NCBI GenBank assembly: GCA_903874955.1
Contig: CAIQTY010000028.1
Span: 4,540-68,539 of the forward strand
Direction of reading: 5' to 3'
From: an uncultured Alphaproteobacteria bacterium
Lineage (GTDB): Bacteria; Pseudomonadota; Alphaproteobacteria; Paracaedibacterales; CAITNM01
Length of the DNA stretch: 64,000 nucleotides
Part shown: one piece after another, positions 12,988 through 22,426 of the stretch
Numbering within the stretch: the stretch's first letter is position 1
How the letters are laid out: each line of letters opens with the position of its first letter
Translations under genes and position numbers: made by a program
Notes under the pieces: generated by a model
The model's database searches: none
The model's input: the letters and a program-made list of their open reading frames with translations, nothing else
What the model was told of the DNA's origin: nothing

Positions 12988-13664
12988 AAATTTTTACAAA
13001 ATTACCTATAGCTTTTTTTATTTTAGGCACTCCCTTGGCAGCTGATCCTGTAAACGGCTTATTCGCATCTCTTAATTTAGGGGGCGTTGGCATTTTTCAA
13101 AATCACGAATACACAAGTCCATCTAACGCAGTCGACAATAAAAAGAAGTTGAAAATTGGTACAAGTTTTGGGCTTAGTTTTGGAATATTACATCAAGTAG
13201 AGCAAACAAAAGTTGTAGCTGGGGGTGAAGTAAGCGCAAGTTTGAACAAGACCACGCAAAAATATGATCTAAATACTGGTGGCGATATTGAGGGAAGCCT
13301 TAGTATAACCAACCCTTATTCATTCGGGACTTATGGAATTGCAGGCATGATGATGACGCCTAAACTTATGTTTTATGCAAAGGCTGGTTATGCATGGATG
13401 CGAGCAGAATTAAAATATACAAATTTAAATAAAGAGAATCCTAGTTATCACACTTATAAAAAAACAATGAGCGGTTTAAGTGGTGGTCCTGGTGTCAATT
13501 ACCTGTTGACGAATAAATTCATGATTGGCGGAGAATATCTTTATTATCGACCCAATCAAATCACACCAAGAAATAACGATACAGCAGTGGGCGGTCAAAA
13601 ACGTAAATTTGTTTATTCACCAACCGTACATACAGTATCGCTTAAATTGACAGTTCTATTCTGA
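12984..13664 (+). CDS. outer-membrane beta-barrel protein (OmpA-like/Opa-like barrel family)
   Basis: 226 aa. It has a signal peptide (FFILGTPLAADP), an alternating amphipathic beta-strand pattern with Gly/Tyr-rich turns, and a C-terminal LKLTVLF ending in Phe. Confidence 0.6.
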   Translation: MKIFTKLPIAFFILGTPLAADPVNGLFASLNLGGVGIFQNHEYTSPSNAVDNKKKLKIGTSFGLSFGILHQVEQTKVVAGGEVSASLNKTTQKYDLNTGGDIEGSLSITNPYSFGTYGIAGMMMTPKLMFYAKAGYAWMRAELKYTNLNKENPSYHTYKKTMSGLSGGPGVNYLLTNKFMIGGEYLYYRPNQITPRNNDTAVGGQKRKFVYSPTVHTVSLKLTVLF

Positions 13665-15586
13665 TGGAAAGACGCAGAAAGGATAAACGTATTGCCTTAA
13701 AACGTAGACCGCATATTCCTAAAAAGAAAGAATACGGCGGTACGGATAAATCTGAAAAACAATCTAGGCAACATGTTGGTCTTTTCGTTCCGAAGCGTCT
13801 TGGCGGTTTTCTAAGTCCTTGTCACAGAAAAGATCCTTTTTCTGGAATTTATATTGATGAAAATCAAGCTAAAGGATTTAACGAGAACGATGTAATCGTT
13901 TATTGTGTTACAAGAGAAGGTGAATTTCAGTTCGTTCGCAATTTAGGTTCAATTGAATCACCAAAAACCTATGCTCTTATGGGTATTCATGCCTATGATC
14001 TACCTCATGCTTTTTCTGAAGAATCGATAAATATAGCCAATAAGGGAACTATTCCGGAACTTGAGAAGCGGACTGATCTTAGAGACTTACCCCTTGTTAC
14101 GATTGATGGAGCAGATGCACGAGATTTTGACGATGCTGTTTTTGCTGAAAGAGACCAAGATCCAAGAAATCCAGACGGGTGGAGAGCAGTTGTTGCAATT
14201 GCTGATGTTAGCTATTATGTCCATCCAGCGAGTGCCCTTGACAAAGAAGCTCATCAACGAGGCAATTCTGTATATTTCGTTGATCGGGTTGTGCCAATGC
14301 TACCAGAACGGCTTAGCAATGATCTTTGCTCTTTGCGGCCAAATGAAGACAGAGCATGTCTTGCCGTTGATATGATCATAGACAAAAGTGGGAAAGTAAA
14401 GTCTTACCGGTTTAAAAGAGCCTTAATGCGTTCAAAAGCGCGCTTGACCTATGCTCAAGTTGAAAAAGCAATCAATGGGACAACTGATCCAATTACAGAA
14501 CCACTCTTAAACAATGTTATTTTGCCTCTGCATGGTTGTTATAAAAGCCTCAAGAAAGCCAGGAACCTCAGGGGCACTATTGAAATTGAAAAAACAGAAA
14601 ATACGTTTGAGCTTGCAGAAGATGGCAGTATTAAAGCTGTTAAAGTTAAGCATCGGCTTGAAAGTCACCAGTTAATTGAAGAATTGATGATTGCAGCAAA
14701 TGTGTGTGCGGCAAAAGCTCTTCAAGCAAAAGATTGGCCAAATGTTTACCGAGTCCATGAACGCCCTGATAAAACACGACTTCAAACCTTGTATTCTTTT
14801 GCAAAAAATCTCAGGTTACCTGTCAAAAAATTTAATGGAACGAATATTATTGGTAGTATTAACCAGTTGCTGCAACTAGTGAAGGACCTTCCCTACGGAA
14901 AACTTTTTAACGAACTTGTCCTAAGATCTCAGGCTCAGGCTCGTTATAGTCCTCATAACATGGGGCATTTTGGCTTAAATTTAAATGCATACTGCCACTT
15001 CACTTCGCCAATTCGCCGTTATGCTGATCTGGTTGTGCACCGTTCATTAATTGCCGCTTTGGATCTCGATACACAAAAACATAGTGTAATTGATTTAGAC
15101 CTATCCGATGTAAGCGACCATATATCAAAACGAGAACGCACAGCCATGGAGGCAGAACGAGAAGTTCAAGATAGATTTATGGCCCTTTATATGAAGGAGC
15201 ATTTGGGAAATATTTTCAGTGGCACGATCGTTGGCGTCGGAATTCCTGGTTTATTCGTTGAATTAGACGACATAGGAGCTCAAGGACTTATTCATAAAAA
15301 TGACTTAGACGGTGATTTTTTTATTCTAGACGAAGCAAATCATTGTTATGTAGGAAAGCGTACCAGAAAGACCTACCAACTTGGAAAACGCATAAAAATT
15401 ATGGTTACCAATGCTGACCCTATCATCTGCTCAATTGGTTTTTCGCTTGTTAAAGAAAAAACTGCACATGAAAAAAAGCCAGTCAAACCTAAAACAGCTC
15501 GACCAGAATTAAAGGAAAAACAGGGGAAGAAAAATAAATCAGATCTTGCAAAAACCAAGAGCAAGAGCTATAAAAAATCTCTATAA
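13664..15586 (+). CDS. rnr: ribonuclease R (RNB family 3'-5' exoribonuclease)
   Basis: 640 aa. RNB catalytic motif TIDGADARDFDDAV, a later HFGL...YCHFTSPIRRYADLVVHR block, a C-terminal S1-like domain and a Lys-rich tail. The N-terminal region is short compared with the RNase R proteins I know. Confidence 0.9.
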   Translation: MERRRKDKRIALKRRPHIPKKKEYGGTDKSEKQSRQHVGLFVPKRLGGFLSPCHRKDPFSGIYIDENQAKGFNENDVIVYCVTREGEFQFVRNLGSIESPKTYALMGIHAYDLPHAFSEESINIANKGTIPELEKRTDLRDLPLVTIDGADARDFDDAVFAERDQDPRNPDGWRAVVAIADVSYYVHPASALDKEAHQRGNSVYFVDRVVPMLPERLSNDLCSLRPNEDRACLAVDMIIDKSGKVKSYRFKRALMRSKARLTYAQVEKAINGTTDPITEPLLNNVILPLHGCYKSLKKARNLRGTIEIEKTENTFELAEDGSIKAVKVKHRLESHQLIEELMIAANVCAAKALQAKDWPNVYRVHERPDKTRLQTLYSFAKNLRLPVKKFNGTNIIGSINQLLQLVKDLPYGKLFNELVLRSQAQARYSPHNMGHFGLNLNAYCHFTSPIRRYADLVVHRSLIAALDLDTQKHSVIDLDLSDVSDHISKRERTAMEAEREVQDRFMALYMKEHLGNIFSGTIVGVGIPGLFVELDDIGAQGLIHKNDLDGDFFILDEANHCYVGKRTRKTYQLGKRIKIMVTNADPIICSIGFSLVKEKTAHEKKPVKPKTARPELKEKQGKKNKSDLAKTKSKSYKKSL

Positions 15587-15620
15587 TAAAATATGTTTTA
15601 ATGCTTTTAGGAGAATATAA

Positions 15621-15935
15621 ATGTTAGCAGTGACGGACACATCATTTGAACAAGAAGTTCTAAAGTCTGAGGTACCAGTTATTGTTGACTTCTGGGCTGA
15701 ATGGTGCGGGCCATGCAAGATGCTAACACCAATTTTAGAAGAACTTGCCCCAGAACTTAGTGATAAAGCACGCATCGTGAAAGTTAATATTGATCAAAAT
15801 CCTCAAGTAGCTAGTCAATTGGGCGTTAGGAGTATTCCAACAATGATACTATTCAAAGATGGCCAAGCTGTCAGTAACATGGTCGGTATAAATCCCAAAC
15901 CAAAAATTAAAACTTGGGTTGAATCTAACATTTAG
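15621..15935 (+). CDS. trxA: thioredoxin
   Basis: 104 aa. Active site WAEWCGPCK and the conserved cis-Pro context RSIPT. Confidence 0.95.
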   Translation: MLAVTDTSFEQEVLKSEVPVIVDFWAEWCGPCKMLTPILEELAPELSDKARIVKVNIDQNPQVASQLGVRSIPTMILFKDGQAVSNMVGINPKPKIKTWVESNI

Positions 15936-15957
15936 GAAATCATTATAGATCTGCGTC

Positions 15958-15984
15958 CGGGATGACTATATCCCGAACAGTTTT
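15958..15984 (+). terminator. candidate intrinsic terminator after trxA
   Basis: 6-bp stem cgggat/atcccg (15958-15963 and 15970-15975) with a 6-nt loop, followed 5 nt later by tttt. It lies 23 nt after the trxA stop. It is weak. Confidence 0.35.
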
Positions 15985-16009
15985 CCTAAAATTTAGTCTA
16001 GATCTACCC

Positions 16010-16070
16010 AAGCACCATATTCAATTTTTGCTTTTCGCTGGCGCACACTATCGGATCTCAGTTAGCAGCA
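16010..16070 (-). pseudogene. relic of the 3' end of rlmN (about 20 codons)
   Basis: 16019-16066 aligns with 53222-53273, the real rlmN 3' end. There are exact runs ttcaatttttgcttttc and ggcgcacactatc, with roughly 80% identity by eye over about 50 nt. The minus-strand reading LRSDSVRQRKAKIEYGAW compares with the rlmN C-terminus [17 protein letters not shown]. It is preceded by an in-frame stop. Confidence 0.55.
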
Positions 16071-16149
16071 AAAAACAAAAAACTTAACTATTTATTGATA
16101 TATTAGTTTCAATATAATAATTATAAGCTGTAAGATATTACAATAAAGC

Positions 16150-16322
16150 ATGAAAATATTAAGAACAACAATCATGCTTGCCTCGATTTGTTTTTCTCAT
16201 AAAGTCAATGCAATCATTAACGGCATTTATTTTAAAGGAGTAACTAGCCAGTTTAAGGAAGAATGCATTCAATATAGTCCCCTTGTTGGTAGATTGGCAT
16301 TAGATACCGGACTTACTCTATA
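16150..16322 (+). CDS. 57-aa signal-peptide ORF, probably the detached 5' end of the next gene
   Basis: MKILRTTIMLASICFSHKVNA|IINGIYF... is a typical Sec signal. It is below the track size cut-off. Its stop (16320-16322) lies inside the start-less open stretch of the downstream frame, which opens at 16306. Confidence 0.4.
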
Positions 16323-16513
16323 ATCTCAGATTTTTTGGCAATCTGACTGAGGGCCCAAAAGACAGCGAAGGTAGAAGGCAGTACCCCATAGACAATGGTA
16401 GGGATGATTTAACTAAGTTATTAATTCTTCTGTTCCCTTGTTCTGCCGGTGAAGGACAATTAGCATCTGAATCTGCTCACCCAAATAACTTTGGCCGGGT
16501 TGCTACTATTGAA

Positions 16514-17512
16514 ATGGTGGCGGCTTTATTAAAATATGCCCATGAGTGGAGAGGGCTTTTCTTATCCTCACTTCGAGAGTTTTCAAGGATTTCAGCGTTA
16601 GAAGCAGAAATACAAGAAATCAAAGAGGATAAGGCAAAACTATTTTTAAAAGATTCAATTCTTTCTGATAAAGATAAAAACCTACTCGCCACGCTAGCCC
16701 AAGCTCAAATAAGTGAAAGAGAAGGAGAAAAAGAACTTTTAGAATCAAAAGTAAATATTGGATTAGAGCCTTTGGCTGCTAAAATAGACGAGCAATTCAA
16801 AAAAGAAGGAACTACCCAGTCAGTTCCAAATTTCAAAAAAATCCTCGGTCTAATTGCTAAAGCAATTGAAGATGAAATAAGAAATTCAGAATCACCCTAC
16901 CCCCGTTACACAACCGAACAAATAATTTTGGCGTTCTTTTGTCACAAGTTTAACACCAAGGACGATATTCAAAAATTGCTAAGTTGTTTACCTAACTTTG
17001 TTAGAGACAGACTCACTCTAGATTCAAGCGTATGGACAATTAAAAATATTGATTCTGCGTCTAATAATCCAAGTGATTTAGATTTTATTTATGCTATCCA
17101 GTTTATGATAGGCAAAATAATCAAGTGGATTTCAGTAAATCTTTTTGCTGATTGTGCAGAAATCACGATCCGCCATTTTACCAACATCATGCTTTATAAT
17201 CCAATTGAGCAAAAGTTCAATGTGCAGCATCTCGCCCAGATTGCATCTCCTGATTATGGTAGAAACCTCAGTGAATTTTACAAACAACAAACTCCTGACA
17301 AGGCAAATGACGGATCACCTCAATTCCTGAATGTTCCTCCAAGCCTTGAAATTTTATATATTTCCAGCAAAATTCAAAATCTTGATCTTACTCCGGCAAA
17401 TAATCGAATTGATATTAAGCTGTTCGGTGAAGTTAGTAATTTCATCATCCGAAGTAGACAAGTTTTTGATAAAATTGAATTGCCAAGGGATAAAATAACT
17501 TATGTTAATTGA
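16514..17512 (+). CDS. hypothetical protein (coiled-coil N-terminal region); the frame is open from 16306
   Basis: 332-aa ORF in the track. A further 69 in-frame codons upstream contain no ATG, GTG or TTG. I recognise no family. See the frameshift finding. Confidence 0.5.
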   Translation: MVAALLKYAHEWRGLFLSSLREFSRISALEAEIQEIKEDKAKLFLKDSILSDKDKNLLATLAQAQISEREGEKELLESKVNIGLEPLAAKIDEQFKKEGTTQSVPNFKKILGLIAKAIEDEIRNSESPYPRYTTEQIILAFFCHKFNTKDDIQKLLSCLPNFVRDRLTLDSSVWTIKNIDSASNNPSDLDFIYAIQFMIGKIIKWISVNLFADCAEITIRHFTNIMLYNPIEQKFNVQHLAQIASPDYGRNLSEFYKQQTPDKANDGSPQFLNVPPSLEILYISSKIQNLDLTPANNRIDIKLFGEVSNFIIRSRQVFDKIELPRDKITYVN

Positions 17513-17775
17513 GAAAAATTTTACAAAACCACTCAAAATGATTATGCTTCTGCTAGCTATGTTTTGTAAAGGGAAGCATTATCTTTGAGTCAGCAAAACT
17601 AGCTCGTGCTCTTTTTCCAAACTTAGCCTTTACGAGTTTTTGCAACATTTGGCAAATTCACAGAGAAATTGATAACTTCAATATCAAAGCAGATGTCATT
17701 AGGATACTAGCACAGCAAGGCGATACTGGCCTTGCAAAAGTTATTAAAAATTTTCGCAACCTAGACAGATCCTTT

Positions 17776-19365
17776 TTGCACCCAGCGAAACCAATTGAAT
17801 TAAAGTCCCAACAATTTTCATCAAGATTTTCTCTTATTAAACAGGCTAAAGATTTGGTCAATAAAGGGTTCGTAATTATCTGTGATGACCTAAGCCTTTG
17901 GGATGAACTTCAACAATCGGTTGCAACAAAAAAAATCAACCTTGCAGCAGACTGGATTTTAACATTATATACCTTTGCATCGGATAGGAATCTCATAAAC
18001 GCTATCGAATTATTGCGTCACCCGTTACTTCGCGATATCGATGAGACTTATCCAAAAGCAGTTCTAGATTGGGAATATGCCCTGAGGCAATCACAAACAA
18101 AATCTTTCAATACCAGTTTGCCTCAGCATTCCCTCGCGCTGAAAATGGTTGATATAACAACAAAAAATTTCCAGCAAGTTTTCCAAGAAATTATTCAATA
18201 TCTTCCTGCTGAGACTCAAAATAATTTATCATCAATCACTAAATATATGGAATTCCTTGATGGCTCTCCACTATGCCTGGAATGGTTCAAAGGGGTATTG
18301 AAACTAGAAAATCAATTTCCACAAATTCGCCTCGGTATCCATGAAGCGCTCAGTTTTAAACCAAACTATGTAGTTTTTTGTCTAAAGCATGACCAAATCC
18401 GCTCTCTACAAACCCAGCTATTAGTAAAAAAAACAACTTGGGAAAATTTAAAAATTGATGATAAGAGCTTTCTTCATCTGATCAATCATTGGAAAAAAGA
18501 CTCACCCATCAACATTTTAGCCTACCCCCAAGAGGAAACTTTTACCCATCCACTTCTTGGAGATGACTCAATAGAAACAATTGAAATTAAAGCGCTCAAC
18601 GCAGCGTATCAAAAGCCGATTGCGAATCCTCCCCTAAGCAGCAGGCCAAGATCTATTAGTGCAACAGGCTTTGAGTTGCTCATGCAAGACCCTTATGGTT
18701 TTTACGCAAGGTATATTTTAAAACTAAGACCACTTGAGAGAACCGCATCTGAATATTTTGCAAAAGAATTCGGCATTAGTGTTCATAAAGCTATTGAAAT
18801 ATTTTTAAAACAAGGAATGGATGTGGCTTTAAAATACATTCAGGGTCTAGAATTAAGTGCTCATAGAATCTTGTGGTATCCTAGATTGGAGCGAATCCTC
18901 ATTTGGATATCTAGTCAAATCAAGGAACTTAAGGGAAATAAAGTTGAGAGCGAAGAAAGTTTCAAATCTGTATTGGCCCCATCTAATCCTATTACCTTAA
19001 ATGCAAGAATTGATTTGTGCGCTAATATCCCCAAGGGTAACTTAGTTGTTAACTTTAAGACTGGTACACCGCCTAGTAGAGCTGATGTTATAAATGGTTT
19101 TGCCCCACAATTAGCTATAGAGCTGTTTTTAAAAGCATTAACCTGCCCTAGTATTTCCACCCAAGCGGAATTTTGGCAACTAAAAGGTACAAAACCCGCA
19201 GGGGTTGTGGGGGTAAGCACCGCAATCAATCTGCTTGATCTGCAAGGTGAAATTGAAAAAATTATTCTCTACTACCTGAATAAACAAACCCCATTTTTAA
19301 CTTGCCCATGGCCTTCAAAAACGCCAAGATGCAGTGATTATAAAATTTTGGAACGTTCCGAATAA
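17776..19365 (+). CDS. addB: double-strand break repair protein AddB, N-terminally truncated and probably nuclease-degenerate
   Basis: 529 aa. AddB middle region (LLRHPLL) and a C-terminal PD-(D/E)XK-like block ARIDLCANIPKGNLVVNFKTGTPPSRADVINGFAPQLAIE, ending ...CSDYKILERSE. The frame is open but start-less from 17557. It is about half the length I expect for AddB. Confidence 0.8.
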   Translation: MHPAKPIELKSQQFSSRFSLIKQAKDLVNKGFVIICDDLSLWDELQQSVATKKINLAADWILTLYTFASDRNLINAIELLRHPLLRDIDETYPKAVLDWEYALRQSQTKSFNTSLPQHSLALKMVDITTKNFQQVFQEIIQYLPAETQNNLSSITKYMEFLDGSPLCLEWFKGVLKLENQFPQIRLGIHEALSFKPNYVVFCLKHDQIRSLQTQLLVKKTTWENLKIDDKSFLHLINHWKKDSPINILAYPQEETFTHPLLGDDSIETIEIKALNAAYQKPIANPPLSSRPRSISATGFELLMQDPYGFYARYILKLRPLERTASEYFAKEFGISVHKAIEIFLKQGMDVALKYIQGLELSAHRILWYPRLERILIWISSQIKELKGNKVESEESFKSVLAPSNPITLNARIDLCANIPKGNLVVNFKTGTPPSRADVINGFAPQLAIELFLKALTCPSISTQAEFWQLKGTKPAGVVGVSTAINLLDLQGEIEKIILYYLNKQTPFLTCPWPSKTPRCSDYKILERSE

Positions 19366-20624
19366 TGAATAAAACAAAGTCCAGTGCTCATGCTTATCTC
19401 GCTTGGGGTGGGGTAGCATTATTTTTTCTGTATCAGTACATTTTACGTATTGCACCAGGCATTGTAGAACAAGAGCTACGCAGCGCTTTTTATATGACTG
19501 CTAATGATTTTTCTACGCTTGGTTCATTTTTCATGTTTATCTATGCGATTGTCCAAATTCCTTGTGGGATACTCATCGACAGACTTGGTGTAAAACGGGT
19601 GGTTTTATCGAGTATAATGTTATGCTTGTGCGGTAATTGCCTACTTTTTATGGGAAATACATTATGGGAAGCTCAGATTAGCAGATTATTTATGGGACTT
19701 GGTTCAGCATGCGCATATATTGGCTGCATGAAAGTCGCTGCAGATAGTTTTCCCAGTTCTACCAGGGGATTTTTCATGGGAGCAGGATTAACACTTGGGC
19801 TATTCGGCCCACTCTTAGCAGCCAAGCCCTTGGTTATACTTATCGAAAACACAAACTGGAGATACGCTTTCACTGTATTGACAGTAATGGGCGTAATATT
19901 ATGGTTTTGTCTTTTACTAGTAATGCCAAAAGAATCAGTTGATCGGAAAGCTACGCTCAAATGGGATGAAATTAAAGCAAGTATAGTCCATGTTTTTAAA
20001 ACACACACCTTGATTTGCTATGCAATTATGACAACGTGTTTTTACGCTCCATTAGCTGTAATTGCTGATCTTTGGGGGGTATCATTTTTAATGAATCATT
20101 TTCACTTAGATAGATCTAACGCAGCTAACGTGACAATGCAAATTTACGTGGGTGCCGCCGTGAGCAGTTTGCTTATTCCATGGCTTTGCGAACGATATAA
20201 TGCAAACAATAGTGGTATTTTGCTAAGCTGGATAGGAATGGTTTTTTCTATTATGCTTCTTTTGTATACTGATAATCTTTCGACAACAGGTCTTATATTA
20301 TTACTAGTTGCTATTGGTGTTTTTAGCAGTTCTGAAATTTTATGTTTTGGAGCATCCTCACATTTTACAGTTCCAGAAACTTCTGGGACAATCCTTGGAG
20401 TGATCAACACGTTTAATATTTTGGGCAGTGCGAGTATTATGCAAATTGTTGGTTTCTTGCTGGATTATAAATGGAATGGTGCATTAGATGAACAAGGGAT
20501 TAGAATTTATTCAAGCATTGAATATATCTTTGCGCTCAGCTCAATTTTAATTTTTGTATTTGTCCTCGGCATAGTTGCGTTTTTATTTTATAAAAGTGGA
20601 AAAAAACAAGATCAAGCTACATGA
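19365..20624 (+). CDS. MFS transporter
   Basis: 419 aa with about 12 predicted TMs. MFS loop motif GILIDRLGVKR between TM2 and TM3. The start overlaps the addB stop. Confidence 0.8.
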   Translation: MNKTKSSAHAYLAWGGVALFFLYQYILRIAPGIVEQELRSAFYMTANDFSTLGSFFMFIYAIVQIPCGILIDRLGVKRVVLSSIMLCLCGNCLLFMGNTLWEAQISRLFMGLGSACAYIGCMKVAADSFPSSTRGFFMGAGLTLGLFGPLLAAKPLVILIENTNWRYAFTVLTVMGVILWFCLLLVMPKESVDRKATLKWDEIKASIVHVFKTHTLICYAIMTTCFYAPLAVIADLWGVSFLMNHFHLDRSNAANVTMQIYVGAAVSSLLIPWLCERYNANNSGILLSWIGMVFSIMLLLYTDNLSTTGLILLLVAIGVFSSSEILCFGASSHFTVPETSGTILGVINTFNILGSASIMQIVGFLLDYKWNGALDEQGIRIYSSIEYIFALSSILIFVFVLGIVAFLFYKSGKKQDQAT

Positions 20625-22426
20625 TTCGTAACATTACTTTTCTTATTTCAAGCAATATACACGCAATCATATTTAGCATAAGTGGTACATATGTAACCGG
20701 CTGGCCATTAGCAAGTGCCCGATGGTACATGACTTACCTAATCGGACTTGTTCTGGTTTGGACACTGCCAAAGGCAAGCAAGAGGAACATTTTAATAGGG
20801 TATGGTGCCCTTATTTTTGGAGTTTTCGCAAAGTCATATTTTTTGCACCTAACACCAACAATTGAGATGCAAACAATCCCTATTGCTATGTACAAAGAAA
20901 AGTTGATTCAAAAGCACCCATACGTTTCAGAAAAACTTGAGATCTTGTTAAAGACAGAATTTAAAAAAGATATCGATATAGTTGAGAAAAATCCAAAAGC
21001 TTTGAACCCAGGTCATTTCACTATTGATAAGTCTTTTGAGCCAATCTTGTATGATTTTAAAATTTTACATAATTGGATGGATAAATCTAAAACTTGGCTG
21101 ATTCCTTCATATGTAAAAGCTACTCTCGGTGAAATGCCTTTTATGATGGTTTTGGATATAAAATCGGCTAAAAATGGAATATTATGGCCTAATGCAACAG
21201 TTTTTGAAGAAACACCTGATAAAACAATTAAAACATATTCAAAAATGTCCCATCAAGGTTTTGTACTCAAGGATCATATCGGCAGTAAATTTTTTATACC
21301 TTATGTTAAAAACGTAAAAAATAGTGACAACATTTACGTTAATCAGAACTGGATTTATATCGAACTAAATAGTTTATCAGTTTATATTCCACTTATTTTG
21401 CTTATAGCTGCTTTATTTTTAAGCAATGTAAGCTTATTTCCAGATCGCGCTTTTAAAACGATTGAGCAAATTATCTGCATCAGTATTGCTTTTATAACAA
21501 TTTGCATAGGTGATATTGACCCTTACTGGGATTTTTGTGTTGCACCAGTTGAAAAACTCGCCAGTTTAGCTAATTGGATTCACAATGGAATTTGGAGTGA
21601 TTTGGCAAGCGAATCGCCGCTTTGGTATGGCCTGCAGAAAATCATTTACCCATTAGGTTATTTTGGTTATCTCATGCCAATTCTATATTTTTGGGTTGCG
21701 GCATGGGCATTCCTACAATTGATTAGATTATTTTTTACCCCACGCCAATCCTATATTATTTGGGCGATTCTCTTGGCAACGCCCTGGCTTGCAAGACACG
21801 GTATGGGGCTCCATATTTACAAGCCTTTTTACATTTCATACAACTCGTTAATGCTTGGGGTTCCCTTATTTCTGATTGGCCTACTAGGATATTTGAAAAA
21901 GTTCAGTCCACATCACTCAATCGCTTGGATCATGGCTTTTTTTTGTTCGCCCGTATTAGCACCTGGCATATTTGGTTTATTTTTACATAAGCAAATTGGC
22001 AAATATCGCTATGCTTATATCGCAATATGTGCAGGTTTATACCTGTTTTTTAATCACAGTAGTTTTTTAAACGTAGATAAATTGATTGAGAATCCTGTTA
22101 CGGCATGGATTTTATCTGTTGCTAAAAATGATATTAGTCATGATTATTTCCAATTAATGGTCACATATCTAATCCAGAGCCATACGCCTTTTTTCATAAT
22201 TTGTTCGTTTATTCCAACTGTTTTTATGGCATTTTCTCAAAATCTAGAATGGAAAAAGTTGGCAAGGGTAAGTTTAATTATGCATGGTGCCTTTTTATTC
22301 GATGGAACAAGCGTTCAAGATGCTTACCTCGCCTGCACCCTGAGCACTTTGTGCGCTACAATCATTCTTTTTCCTTATTATGAACGGCTTCTTTTTGGAT
22401 ACCAAAAACTTGCAGCAAAGAGCTAG
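20621..22426 (+). CDS. polytopic membrane protein of unknown function
   Basis: 601 aa. N-terminal TMs, then a soluble segment of about 200 aa, then many aromatic-rich TMs. There is a 4-nt overlap with the upstream MFS gene and a 47-nt overlap with addA. I recognise no family. Confidence 0.55.
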   Translation: MIRNITFLISSNIHAIIFSISGTYVTGWPLASARWYMTYLIGLVLVWTLPKASKRNILIGYGALIFGVFAKSYFLHLTPTIEMQTIPIAMYKEKLIQKHPYVSEKLEILLKTEFKKDIDIVEKNPKALNPGHFTIDKSFEPILYDFKILHNWMDKSKTWLIPSYVKATLGEMPFMMVLDIKSAKNGILWPNATVFEETPDKTIKTYSKMSHQGFVLKDHIGSKFFIPYVKNVKNSDNIYVNQNWIYIELNSLSVYIPLILLIAALFLSNVSLFPDRAFKTIEQIICISIAFITICIGDIDPYWDFCVAPVEKLASLANWIHNGIWSDLASESPLWYGLQKIIYPLGYFGYLMPILYFWVAAWAFLQLIRLFFTPRQSYIIWAILLATPWLARHGMGLHIYKPFYISYNSLMLGVPLFLIGLLGYLKKFSPHHSIAWIMAFFCSPVLAPGIFGLFLHKQIGKYRYAYIAICAGLYLFFNHSSFLNVDKLIENPVTAWILSVAKNDISHDYFQLMVTYLIQSHTPFFIICSFIPTVFMAFSQNLEWKKLARVSLIMHGAFLFDGTSVQDAYLACTLSTLCATIILFPYYERLLFGYQKLAAKS

